Source of the DNA: a virus
Strand: one strand, 5' to 3'
DNA length: 64,000 nt
Virus record (IMG/VR): IMGVR_UViG_3300033156_000775
Coordinates: 1-64,000 of that record
Made by a program: the position numbers and the translations under genes
The notes under the pieces: model-generated
Seen by the model: the letters and a program-made list of their open reading frames with translations, nothing else
Told to the model about the DNA's origin: nothing
Database searches by the model: none
Shown: positions 21,001-30,900 of the stretch, piece by piece
Numbering within the stretch: the first letter of the stretch is position 1
How the letters are laid out: each line of letters starts with the position of its first letter

Positions 21001-24000
21001 GCATCGGAATCCCCAGAGGATCGTTGCCACTGATAGTTCAGAGGCCCATGGCCACGATATCCTCTATCATGGTTAGTATCTTTAGAGCTAGCTCCAGAGG
21101 CTGCTAAACGACAGAAGTAATATCTTCCCTCACCATTATTCACTGAAGTTCCACTGAGAGAAAGAGCCACATGATCAGTATATGTCCCATCTGAAGCCAC
21201 AGCACTCCCAGGAGTTATAGTTGGGGCGGGAGCAGAACTGTCATTGTATGTTGCTGTAGTAGCTCCACTTATAGCTGAGAAGTTGCTGTCAGAATCTGCT
21301 GAGCTCCTGTACCATTGATACGAAAGTGAGCCTACTCCTCTATATCCCCTATCATGGTTAGTGTCCTTGGGAGAGGCATCGGGAGCTGTAAGGTGGCAAT
21401 AGTAATATCTACCTTCACCTACATTAGCTGACTCACCACTTATATTTAGCACTACTTTGTCAGTATATGTACCATCAGAGGCATTGGCTGTCCCAGGTGT
21501 GATTGTAGGAGCTGGAGCAGCTGTATCATTGTAGCTTGCTGAAGTTGCACCAGAAATAGCTGAGTAGTTGCTATCACTGTCAGCTGAGCTTCTGTACCAT
21601 TGGTAGCTTAGAGATCCTGCCCCTCTATATCCACGATCATGGTTAGTGTTCACAGGAGAGGCACCTTGAGCTGTGAGGTGACAGTAATAGTAACGGCCAG
21701 CTCCAGGATTAGAGGATTGTCCAGACAGGGAAAGAACTACTTTGTCCGTATATGTTCCATCAGTGGCAGTAGCTGTCCCAGCTGTAATAGTTGGAGCTGG
21801 TGCTGTGGTGTCATTGTGAGATGCTGAAGTAGCTCCAGAAAGAGCTGAATAGTTGGAGTCACTATCGGCTCCCGACCTGTACCACTGATAGCTCAGGCTT
21901 CCTACTCCTCGATATCCTCGATCATGATTTGTGTCTTTAGGTGAGGCACCTGTAGCTGTCAAGTGACAGTAATAATATCGGCCAGCACCTGGGTTTGCAG
22001 ACTGACCGGAAATAGAAAGGACTACCTTATCTGTGTATGTACCATCAGAAGCACTTGCTGTTCCAGGGGTTATTGTAGGTGCTGGAGCTGAGCTGTCATT
22101 GTAAGAGGCTGATGTTGCTCCTGAAATAGCTGAAAAGTTAGCATCACTATCCCCAGCAGACCTGTACCATTGATACGTTAATGTGCCTACTCCACGATAC
22201 CCTCGGTCAGGAGAGCTATATTTAGGAGTGCATCCTGCAGCTGTTAAATAGCACCTATAGTACCTCCCAGCTCCAACATTAGCTGATGCACCAGAAACAG
22301 TTAAAGCAACATATCCTGTGTGTGTCCCATCAGAAGCTGAAGCAGTCCCAGCTGTGATTGTAGGGGCTGGAGCTCCATTGTCATTATACGTTGAGCTAGT
22401 GGCTCCTGAAATGTTGGAGTAGCTAGCATCAGAATCACCTGCTGATCGTTGCCACTGGTATGAGAGCGTCCCTGGAGAACGATAGCCCCGATCTGGAGCT
22501 GAATATTTAGGGGTACATCCTGCTGCTGTGAGGTAGCATCTGTAATATCTACCTTCACCATTACTGGTTGCTGTCCCACTGAGGCTAAGGGCAACATAGC
22601 CTGTATGGGTTCCATCTGAAGCAACAGTGCTTCCAGGAGTGATCGTGGGAGCAGGGGCTCCAGTATCGTCATACGTTGAAGCAGTAGCTCCAGATATATT
22701 CGAATAGTTAGCATTGCTGTCTCCTGCTGAACGCTGCCACTGATAGCTTAAAGGGCCAGGAGCTCTGTAGCCAGTGTCCGTGTTGCTATCTGGGCTCTCA
22801 CCAACCTCATTCTTAGCCCTCACCTTGTAAGTATGAGTAGTCCCATTGTTCGTTCCAGTGCCACTAAGGCTAAGATGAACTTTGTCCGAATAAGTTCCAT
22901 CAGAAGCTACGGTGGATCCAGCAGTGATAGCTGGAGGATCAGCTCCAGTGTCGTCATAGGAGTCTACATCTCCAAGCCATCCTAAACCAACTCCATCCCG
23001 ATAGACCTGGTAGCTAGTAGCCCCAGCAGACTTTGTCCATGTGATTCTGACCTTATCTGAGTATGTTCCATCAGTAGCTTGAACATTAGTTGGAGCGGGG
23101 GGGATAGCTTCTTCGCTTCCCCAAGTACCATGACTAGGCTCAGGATCAACATATTTCCTTATATAAAAATCATCTATATAGAAATCATCTGTATAATCAT
23201 CATGCCCATATATCCATACCCTATCATACCCATCACCACTCGCCCTTACACCACCAGAACGTAACGTTCCATCCGTGATTAAATCGTGATCATTAGATTC
23301 GCATATAAATTCAAGTTTATTCCACGTATCTTCTGGATGAACCCACGACGGACTATAATTTCGAAATTCCGATCCGTTATACCATTGCTGATACCATTTA
23401 TCTGGACGTCTTGATCTTGAACTTATATATGATGCTTGATCGTCTTTATCCATAATGTCGATACGCCATTGATATGACCGTGTCGCCCAATACATATAAA
23501 ATCCTATTGCACAATTCAGCATCTGTGAAAAATCAAGTTGAAGAATTAATACGCTTCCCCCAGTCCCACCTTCTTTGTACCGTAACACTTTACCTGTTCT
23601 GCCTGTTGGTGCAGTTGCTATCTCGCAAATATCGCCTGTTGTTTTATTAAGAACACTCCATCCTCTTTCAGATTTAGGAGAATCTCCAATATTATATCCA
23701 GTATCAAAATCATCAAAAACTGGAAATGTATTAAATCCGTTACTCGTCGTGCTTGCAGATGAATTACCATAATAAACATAAATTGTTGTTGTGTTTGGGC
23801 TGGCTGGGATGCTTGGAACTTTAACCCAGAAAGTCGCTACTCCGCCGTCATAGCTCTCAAGCCAATAATCAAGAGGTGTGGTGCCGTCAGACTTCGTGAA
23901 CCTTATGTCGCCAAAATCAGCTCTGCATTTGGTTCCTACGTAAACGTCTTCGCCACTATCAGTTCCAGTTGTTCTATGAACTTTAATTCTAATTTGATAA

Positions 24001-24074
24001 TTTGTTTGAGCACCAGCAGTAGAGCCGTTTATTGTGTGAGCTTTTCGATAGTTCCAACCTGTTAGCCATGCCAT
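18048..24074 (-). CDS. Giant virion adhesin/fibre: DUF2341 + lectin-like + FN3 + ten 95-aa repeats + ~15-aa repeat tail
   Basis: N-terminal WLTGWNYRK..DFGDIRFT..LDYW..FWVKVP..IYVYYGN (DUF2341-like); repeated YQW.RS..DSD..Y and GRYY.C motifs. Confidence 0.75.
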   Translation of the reverse strand: MAWLTGWNYRKAHTINGSTAGAQTNYQIRIKVHRTTGTDSGEDVYVGTKCRADFGDIRFTKSDGTTPLDYWLESYDGGVATFWVKVPSIPASPNTTTIYVYYGNSSASTTSNGFNTFPVFDDFDTGYNIGDSPKSERGWSVLNKTTGDICEIATAPTGRTGKVLRYKEGGTGGSVLILQLDFSQMLNCAIGFYMYWATRSYQWRIDIMDKDDQASYISSRSRRPDKWYQQWYNGSEFRNYSPSWVHPEDTWNKLEFICESNDHDLITDGTLRSGGVRASGDGYDRVWIYGHDDYTDDFYIDDFYIRKYVDPEPSHGTWGSEEAIPPAPTNVQATDGTYSDKVRITWTKSAGATSYQVYRDGVGLGWLGDVDSYDDTGADPPAITAGSTVASDGTYSDKVHLSLSGTGTNNGTTHTYKVRAKNEVGESPDSNTDTGYRAPGPLSYQWQRSAGDSNANYSNISGATASTYDDTGAPAPTITPGSTVASDGTHTGYVALSLSGTATSNGEGRYYRCYLTAAGCTPKYSAPDRGYRSPGTLSYQWQRSAGDSDASYSNISGATSSTYNDNGAPAPTITAGTASASDGTHTGYVALTVSGASANVGAGRYYRCYLTAAGCTPKYSSPDRGYRGVGTLTYQWYRSAGDSDANFSAISGATSASYNDSSAPAPTITPGTASASDGTYTDKVVLSISGQSANPGAGRYYYCHLTATGASPKDTNHDRGYRGVGSLSYQWYRSGADSDSNYSALSGATSASHNDTTAPAPTITAGTATATDGTYTDKVVLSLSGQSSNPGAGRYYYCHLTAQGASPVNTNHDRGYRGAGSLSYQWYRSSADSDSNYSAISGATSASYNDTAAPAPTITPGTANASDGTYTDKVVLNISGESANVGEGRYYYCHLTAPDASPKDTNHDRGYRGVGSLSYQWYRSSADSDSNFSAISGATTATYNDSSAPAPTITPGSAVASDGTYTDHVALSLSGTSVNNGEGRYYFCRLAASGASSKDTNHDRGYRGHGPLNYQWQRSSGDSDANYSNIAGATSATYNDSAAPSPSVSPGTASASDGSYTGYVLLSLTGESANPGAGRFYRCVLNASGCTQQVSAPDRGYRGVGSLNYQWYRSSGDSDDDYSPIDGATGKSYNDTEAPAPTITHGSVTASKGTYTDKVVLTNTGASANTGAGRYYKCLVSAEGAASQYSTVDRGYRGVGVLTYQWYRSAADSDANYSILSGATSSTFNDTGAPAPTITPGTASASDGTSALHVSLSLSGQSANVGAGRYYKCYHTAEGAAPGFTGSDRGYRGVGPLNYQWQRSTADSDANYSDISGATTPTYNDTGAPAYTVNPPTSVSAEGISTSVIRVYWFGASVTEGEGRYYRCRLTADGASTQYSSSDRGYRDDSIATTNGYEIFSDTIPTGTYSTSEGLDSASPFDDTGLPENTTKYYKVRAKSTAGTWSPLSSVYGTGTTWSTLSKILSSIFNLRNIIPRILAFASYVFSLVSNQSVVKYAANSLVSKATTIVFVLKNLVGQATPLMYMTLNLASRILDGTWSIIGKIRRTLRTVWNNLQLRFQEIILTYQDLILIANSVLARFNIRSLVSGASILAYGLKEIASRAISEVWDTLKLAVRTTSTKYNVRRIVAKSVNILYSLISLVSRTLSIIYYSRTLLSKAFILIYPLKSLASRSISISYSVFNLARRSISILWRVAERVVRTTVLNFKLKNIIAGSLDLIYSLKALASKILTSLYNLTNLVSKITGFLYCLTIPVSKMMLLLYNIRSIVSKAVASKFNIRNLVPALFSIILNIRNLVTGSTVLKFGLKSLVARTLDILHSIINVVSRSMNVVYGLLNLVYKELDLRFKIRNLVQRTTIVCYALISRVVGLLSIQFILKILKSKFFSFRYSSRELLERGFTFKYHLLSLLQKTLGLLHSLLGKIYTSFSASYHTFILVSISLLSKFNIGFIIKKIVTLALKPYQLSLRLKGYDLTLTLKKLEEITKLKYSLTLVLKKVKKTIGTLVKRG
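19900..22960 (-). repeat. Tandem 285-bp (95-aa) coding repeat, 10 units plus partial units
   Basis: YQW codon blocks recur near 20171, 20456, 20741, 21026, 21311, 21596, 21881, 22166, 22451 and 22736 (exact 285-bp period). Confidence 0.9.
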
Positions 24075-24078
24075 TTCA

Positions 24079-24510
24079 CTACACTACTTCATTTGTAGTT
24101 AATTTGCCCTGATCATCTAGATATACCAGAAACGTTTTCCTACTTACAGTCCCATCAGGGTTCTGGATAAAGCCTGTTACCAGAGCATATTTCTCATTAT
24201 TATCCACTGTAAAGGATTCTACTTTGATGAAGCCACATTTCTCTACTACTTTCTGTTTCACTTGCTCAATTGGAGAAGGAGTGGGTGGTCCAGTGAGTGG
24301 TTTGCTATCCTTGAAGTATGCAACCTCATTTTCAGCCCCTTCATTTTCAACAATTATACAAACAGCAAACTCCCTAACTAAATCCTCATCTTCTTCCGTC
24401 ATAATTCGATAGAAATGGTAGTAAGGTGGATGCTTCTCTATGAAGTCTATTCGTTTAACCTTTGGATTACTCTTTATCCTGTCAAGTAATTCCTTAAGCT
24501 TCATAATCAC
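24079..24510 (-). CDS. Hypothetical protein
   Basis: ORF with RBS, adjacent to the adhesin gene. Confidence 0.55.
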   Translation of the reverse strand: MIMKLKELLDRIKSNPKVKRIDFIEKHPPYYHFYRIMTEEDEDLVREFAVCIIVENEGAENEVAYFKDSKPLTGPPTPSPIEQVKQKVVEKCGFIKVESFTVDNNEKYALVTGFIQNPDGTVSRKTFLVYLDDQGKLTTNEVV

Positions 24511-24545
24511 TCACTTCCTCTCTTCTTTTAAAACTAGAAGTTTCC

Positions 24546-24947
24546 TTATATTTTTTTCCATTGACAGGGAAACTTACCCTGATTGTCTATGCTAGCAAGG
24601 CACTTGCCACAATTATGGAATCCAACACAGCTTCCTTTCCTACACCAGTTGCTTCCCTTATAGTTCATTACAACTAGGGCTTCATTGTCCCTAGAATATC
24701 CCCTAGCACTAATGATGATTAGGGTTTCCCTGGACTTGCCATAGACACATTTACCACAGGGCTTTAAGATCCCATAGCTAATGTTTAAGAAGCTTCTTCC
24801 AAGCTTGTCTAAAACCTTTAGTAGGATTAAGAGTACAAAGAAAACAATCAGGACTGTACCCTTAAGGAGGGAGAGAAATAGCTGCTTAGCTGATGCCCGG
24901 TTAACATCTGTCCCCATGATCTCTCTGAAGAGCTCACTGCTTCTCAA
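24546..24947 (-). CDS. Hypothetical membrane/Cys-rich protein
   Basis: Hydrophobic segment plus CxxC motifs. Confidence 0.5.
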   Translation of the reverse strand: MRSSELFREIMGTDVNRASAKQLFLSLLKGTVLIVFFVLLILLKVLDKLGRSFLNISYGILKPCGKCVYGKSRETLIIISARGYSRDNEALVVMNYKGSNWCRKGSCVGFHNCGKCLASIDNQGKFPCQWKKI

Positions 24948-25606
24948 AGGACTTTTCCTTCCAAGTCCCCAAGTACCTTCTCAACTGTGAATAGACTGTC
25001 TGTCCAGTGAACTACAAAGACAGTTTCTACCTTATGTATTTCAGGGCTAGCTGAAGTTTCTCCCTGGACCTTTATAGTGCAGCTTCTATTGTTGAATGCT
25101 GAGGCTCCAGCTGGTACAACCCTTCTAAGCCATATTCCAGCCCAGTCATCAGGCCCTATGGAGCCAGTATAGTCCTTCCCCGATATCTGTACCCATGCTG
25201 AGGGAGATCCCTCTTCTGTCCATGAAATGCCACTTGGAGCTACTGTTTCAGAGGCTATGGTCTGTATAGTGCCTTCTGGATCGCCTCCTGTGCCCTGGGG
25301 CTTCTCTACTCCAAACGATATTGTGTCTGGAGTGACAGTGCTTCTGACATATCCCTCTACACGTATAGAAGTGTTCATCCAGACATGGGTAGGGTTGTTA
25401 TTATGGATACCTATAGCCCTGTACTCTGTCTTCCCTGAGGCAGACTCAGCTCCAGTGACATCATCAAAAATATTGTTAGCCACTCCTGAGGGAATAGTGT
25501 TAGTAGAGCATGTGCCTCCTAGGCTCAGCTCAGGATTGGCTGTAGATCCAGATCCAGTATACTTGAACAGGAGATCTGACTGAGTAATTGCCAATGCTAA
25601 TTGCAC
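24944..25606 (-). CDS. Virion structural protein
   Basis: SLGG..NNIFDDV...ES.SG.TEYR...GIWLRR.VP.GA, a pattern seen in phage virion proteins; true start probably the TTG a few codons in, after GGAGGTG. Confidence 0.55.
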   Translation of the reverse strand: MQLALAITQSDLLFKYTGSGSTANPELSLGGTCSTNTIPSGVANNIFDDVTGAESASGKTEYRAIGIHNNNPTHVWMNTSIRVEGYVRSTVTPDTISFGVEKPQGTGGDPEGTIQTIASETVAPSGISWTEEGSPSAWVQISGKDYTGSIGPDDWAGIWLRRVVPAGASAFNNRSCTIKVQGETSASPEIHKVETVFVVHWTDSLFTVEKVLGDLEGKVL

Positions 25607-25645
25607 CTCCTATTAATCTTAACTTGCTATGTATTTAAAGATTTA

Positions 25646-26119
25646 TCAGCTTTTCTTACGGATCTGTGTCCTTACAAATTGATCAAGCTTGTTTCTTCTG
25701 ATCCATGAAACAGCTTTATCATATGTCCACTTGTCAGCATCAAAGTCTACATATGCCACTCTAGCATGATGGATCTTACCAGGGACTGGGTATAGCCCTA
25801 TTCCTACTTTAACTCCCTCAGGGATGGTGAGCTCAGGTAAGTAGTCTTTTACCTTTTCATCTGGCTCTACCCTAGTGAACTTCCTAAGGTCATAGATATG
25901 AACAATAAAGTGGTCCCATCCCTTTTTCTGTTCTATGATAAAGTCCTTGTAGGGGACTCCAGCTCTAGGGTCTCCCTCCTTAGATAATTGATAATAGTAA
26001 GTGTAGTCCGGACTACACAATGGACTAGGCAGCTTGCTTTTCATGAAGCTCCACAGATGATTAGCACGTTTAGCGATATAGTATCCTTTAAGCTTCTTCC
26101 CTAATCTCAATGTCTCCAT
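25646..26119 (-). CDS. C-terminal fragment of the LigD-phosphoesterase-like protein (frame break near 26100)
   Basis: Begins GKKLKGYY, the motif that completes the last PE-like repeat of the upstream ORF. Confidence 0.55.
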   Translation of the reverse strand: METLRLGKKLKGYYIAKRANHLWSFMKSKLPSPLCSPDYTYYYQLSKEGDPRAGVPYKDFIIEQKKGWDHFIVHIYDLRKFTRVEPDEKVKDYLPELTIPEGVKVGIGLYPVPGKIHHARVAYVDFDADKWTYDKAVSWIRRNKLDQFVRTQIRKKS

Positions 26120-27596
26120 GATCTATAGTCTCTACAACAGACCATTTCCCATAAGCTTTCATTCTTGTCCCTTTAGGTTTAATCTTCATCCATTCTAAGT
26201 CCTCACACTTTTTCAATCTAGCTTTGACAGCTTTCTCTTCAGGATACTTCCATATCTCATCAGTGGTGAATAGGTTAAACTCCTGTAGAAAGTCCTGTCC
26301 AGAAACATGGAATCTAAGATCTAAGTGCTTCTTACCACTCTTCTCTGGGAACTCATGGATGTCTAGAACAAATTGCCCTGTAGCCAACTCTGATCCCTCT
26401 TCTTGGCTTAGCTTCTCAAATGTATAGACATCAGCTCCCTTCTCTTCCTGTCTTAGCTCCCATTCTCCCTTAAGCTTCTTTCCCTTAAACTTCAGAGTGA
26501 TGACTTCTTCTCCATCTACTCGTTTAGTCTCATAAGACGCTATTCCCTTATCTATGATTGTGTATTTCCCTACTAGCTCCTTGTTAGGGTTAAAGGGTGT
26601 ATCTGGCTTGGTAGATCCATCGTAGTCCAGCCATTTCCTAGGGACTCTGTCCATCTCATAAGCTCCCATAATCTCATCCTTTAATGGATAGCCATCTAGG
26701 AAGAACCTTCTAACTGACCCTTTACCCTTATCATCTAGCAACAAGTACCATCTGAACTGAGGCATCTGTCTACCAGTCTTTGCCCTTGCCCCGAACCATG
26801 ATGTCAGAGCTAGAGTAAACCTGATATTCTTGGAGAGCAGCTCATTCTTCTTCTTTACATATAACTTTTCCAGCTTGTCAATGTCCTCTTCATCGGACTT
26901 AGTGATCCACTGTAGCCATTTCCTATACTGATCGGTAAAGTTCTCTTTAGCCCAGTCCTTGGGAAATGGGAATGGACATTCCTTAGGTGGCTTCCAGTTC
27001 TCTTTCATGGCTCTATTTGATATTGTATATGGCTCCTGAGTCTTGGGTACCATGAACCTCCACATACGTTCATATTTACCTGGTATGGGCTTCTTAGTCT
27101 GAGGGTCTATCTTAGCTACTTTTATTCCCCTGATCACAATCCTAGTCCAATCCTTGAAATACTTCTTATCCTTAATAAAGTACTCATGGAAGTAAGGCTT
27201 CTGGGCTCCTGTCAGCAATTGTCCCTTAGTTAGGATCTTGAACTCTCCAGCTGCTTCTTCCCCAGCACCTATCTCACCAGGAGCTACCTTACCTTCTACC
27301 TTTAACCACACTAGAGGCTGACGAGCTTTGGTTTCTGCTCTGAAGCCTTTACCAATATTTTCTAGGAACTTCTGTGGAGTATGAGGATCATCCCTAGAAG
27401 CTCCCACTATGGACCACCCTTCGAGGTAGCCATTCACTTTAAACCTGAAGTCTACATGCTCAGAGTCTCCAATATAGTGAGCCTGCATTACAAATGGCTT
27501 AGGCTCAGTGACATACTCCATATACTTGGCTACTAATTCTAAAGCAATATGTTCAGGCACTGATAGCTCATCTAACATGTCTTTAGTAATCAACAA
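26088..27596 (-). CDS. Protein with repeated LigD 3'-phosphoesterase-like domains
   Basis: FVMQAH..EHVDFR....LEGW, FKGKKLKGEWEL and FVLDIH..KHLDLR motifs. Confidence 0.65.
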   Translation of the reverse strand: MLITKDMLDELSVPEHIALELVAKYMEYVTEPKPFVMQAHYIGDSEHVDFRFKVNGYLEGWSIVGASRDDPHTPQKFLENIGKGFRAETKARQPLVWLKVEGKVAPGEIGAGEEAAGEFKILTKGQLLTGAQKPYFHEYFIKDKKYFKDWTRIVIRGIKVAKIDPQTKKPIPGKYERMWRFMVPKTQEPYTISNRAMKENWKPPKECPFPFPKDWAKENFTDQYRKWLQWITKSDEEDIDKLEKLYVKKKNELLSKNIRFTLALTSWFGARAKTGRQMPQFRWYLLLDDKGKGSVRRFFLDGYPLKDEIMGAYEMDRVPRKWLDYDGSTKPDTPFNPNKELVGKYTIIDKGIASYETKRVDGEEVITLKFKGKKLKGEWELRQEEKGADVYTFEKLSQEEGSELATGQFVLDIHEFPEKSGKKHLDLRFHVSGQDFLQEFNLFTTDEIWKYPEEKAVKARLKKCEDLEWMKIKPKGTRMKAYGKWSVVETIDHGDIEIREEA

Positions 27597-27610
27597 GTCT
27601 CGAACCTCCT

Positions 27611-27931
27611 CTATGAGATGTAGTCCCTAGCCCTATCCACTTTAACTTTAGATAGCCTGCTACTCATCTCCTCACTCCATTTAATGTCGTACTCTAGGAA
27701 TCCAATTGTTACCTTCTTAAACTCATTGAAGATCTCTTCTAGCTCTTCTAGTTTAAAGTTCTCCATCAATGTAGGGTTGGTTAGCCATGCTTCCCATCCT
27801 GACACTGACCCTATAATTGCATTGGCACAGTGAACTATTGCAGAGATATAGTTTAGTCTGTCCTTGGGATCTAGATTGTTCAGGTAGTCTATCTCCCTGT
27901 TGATCTTGTCTATCCACTTCTTAATCTCCAT
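27611..27931 (-). CDS. DUF2153-like archaeal protein
   Basis: W......DRL.....A...SV.GW..WL.NP.LM..F..EEL.EI pattern. Confidence 0.65.
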   Translation of the reverse strand: MEIKKWIDKINREIDYLNNLDPKDRLNYISAIVHCANAIIGSVSGWEAWLTNPTLMENFKLEELEEIFNEFKKVTIGFLEYDIKWSEEMSSRLSKVKVDRARDYIS

Positions 27932-30900
27932 CTGTTTCTACCTCCTCTACAATGTAGTCCGGACTACACTTAGATAATGCTTCCCTCTTATATGACTTGT
28001 ATCCATAATAGTAGGACTTCAAGTACCTGCACCTACGTATGTTTGCTATTGGACATGCTACTGGGAATCGTAGATGCTCAATTTTAAGTAAGGTAAGCTC
28101 TTGATATCTAGGTCTGCCAAATATCTTAAGTAGTGGACAAATGGATTTGTCCTTCCAGAACTCACATAATGGAAGGTCTATAATTACTAGAGGTTCATAA
28201 GCTTCTAGCTCTTCCATAGATAGGGAATGAAGCTTCTCTCTGGATGGAGCAGGTCTAGTACCTAACCTAGCTATACGCTCCACAGTAGTCAAAGTGTCAG
28301 GCTCTTTCTTATCAGGCCTCTTCTCTTTGAAATAGGGGAACATCCAAGTGTACTTGATGCGTCCTCCCTTATCCTCATATTTCCTAATCCTGATTGGCAT
28401 GACTGTAATAATGTCTCCTCTCTTACACTTAACGTTAGTAGCATAGCTACGTCCAATTATAGCATAATGCTTTCCCTTGTATTCAACAATGTTAGATGGC
28501 TGAAACTCTTTAACTCTATTCTCTGGAACTAGATAGACTGAAACATACATGTAGTTCCCTAACGGCTCTCCTGTCTCTCTACGTTTCTTCTCTACCACAT
28601 TCCAGACCATGACATCTAGTTCCTTTAAGTTTTTCAACTTTGCCCATTCATCCACTCTGTTTTCTCCTTTAAACTTAACAGGATAAGTAGATGTAGCAGC
28701 TTTGGCTACTACTCCTTCTGATCCTGGAGCACTTCTCATCTTAGCTACTGCCCTCATAAATTCAGCAGGAGTCTTAGCAAATGTAGACCGGACTACGTCT
28801 AGGTACCTAGCATTTTTAGGTACAACTTTCTTTAGTAGCTTGAATCTTTCTGAGTATGGAAGATCCACTACTGGCTTACCATTATAGTACATGATGTCAT
28901 AGAACACATACACTATCTTATCCTCAAAGTCTGGTGATACTCTTCCTACTGTGATTTGGGCAGTATCTTCACGTTCCATCAAATCCATTTGACGTTTTAT
29001 CTTTGCTGACTTTATGACTTTATTAGGAGGTATCTTAAAAGCTAGCATCTCACCATCTAGGATACAACTGTCACAATTTAGCTTCTCCTTTATCTCCTTA
29101 ACTATATTGGGAAATTGACTAGCCCTATCTCTTTGCCTATCCTCAGTAATTATCTTTACTATGCCCTTGTCCTTGTCTACATGGAGCTGCATCCGTCTTC
29201 CATCGCATTTCTCCTGTACAAAGATCCCTTCATCCAGATAGTCCTTAGCCCATTCTAGATACATCTCCTTAGGATCAAAGAACTCATGTTTCCCAAACCC
29301 TGATTTGGGCTTGGCTCCTATCATAGGTTTACCTACTTTGATTTCTTGAGCTAGCTTCTCTAGTCTGTATGGTCCAAATCCCCTAATCATGAGCTCCTTA
29401 GGCAATGGGTTTAAGCTATATCCATGAATTGGAATGCTGTAACCAATTAATGGGCCATTAGGGTCCCATACGACATGAAGTCGTTTAGATAGCCACTTGG
29501 GATTTAAGCTTTTCAGAGCCACTACTAACCTAGGATCAGGCTTCTGTCTCAATAACAGATCGATGTCGTGATCTTTAGGTATCCTACCTTCATTGACTAA
29601 TCTACCAACTAAGTATGAAGCATAAGGTTCTCCCTTAGTTCTGATTGACCCTATACTCTGGAATGCTCTAATCACATCATCTAGAAGGATATATTCTCCT
29701 TCAGGCTCAGGTATATCTTCAGACATAAATAGCCCTTTAGGTGTTGGATACTCTGACACTTCTAATTCGATAGCTTTCTCCAGTATATTGTCTCCTCTAT
29801 GCTCTTCCCATAGTCCTCTCTTATAGAGCTCTATACCTACGAACACAGCTGCATTATGGATGTTTTCAGGTATTTTCTCAGGAGCGTCAGCTGAATGCTC
29901 AGCCATATTTACTAGCATCTTCCATAGCTCAATTAGATCTTCATCTGATAATCCTATGACATATTGAGGATCAATATCCTCTATCTTCATACCTTCTGGG
30001 AGCTTAAACTCTTCTTCTGTTGTTTCTTTCTCTCTAGCAGCAGGCCAGTGCCATTTAAAATCTTTGTATGGATTGTTCTTTAGAAGATCAGGATAGAAGC
30101 TAAGATGGCTTTCGACTATCATGGCAGCTGCATCATCAAGATACCAGCTGTTTCCAAGCTTGTAATGTGGAAGCTTTAGCCCCATAGCTGCTGTCCGTAG
30201 AGCAAACATTTCAAAGTAGTCCCTTCCAGTATCCACTGCTAACCATTTATATTTCCTAGCTAAGTCTTTAAGAGCTTCAGGTTGAAAGTCTCTTTTCTTC
30301 CATTCATAAATACAGTCTAAGACATTATCATCAAAAGTCGGACTCCCAAATACTCTTCCTAGAGTTTCTTCCTCAGTTATTCCTAGAAATTGAGATAGAT
30401 CTTTAAGCTTCTTAGCTTCGTCTTTCCAGGGTATTGGTTTACCATACTCCTTAATGGCTTTCCTGAAAGCTTCAGCTGCATATTTGGTGTATGTTTCAGG
30501 TCTATTGAACGTGAATCCTCTCTTAACCATTTCAGGTAACAGCTTATGAGCTATGAACCATACCATATCCTCTGGTTTCCAGTGTTCATACTTCTTTCCC
30601 TGTTTCATGTTGCTGTAGTGTCCAAGAGCTAGTCTAAAGTCATCTCCTAGCTGTCTGTCACTGGCCTTTTTAGGATCATATTTCTTGATGTCCATGAAAT
30701 TCCATGTTATAGCTCTATCACATGATGTCCGTTCTACATGTTCCAGTCCTCTAGAGAGCATTTCCATAGCTATTCTATAATGAGCCTTACAACACTCTGA
30801 AAGTAGCTCTCCACATGAATGGTAAACTAAATGGTAATATTCAAGATCCTGATTGCTCATTTCCTTCACAGATAGGAACTTTACATTCTTAGCATCAACG

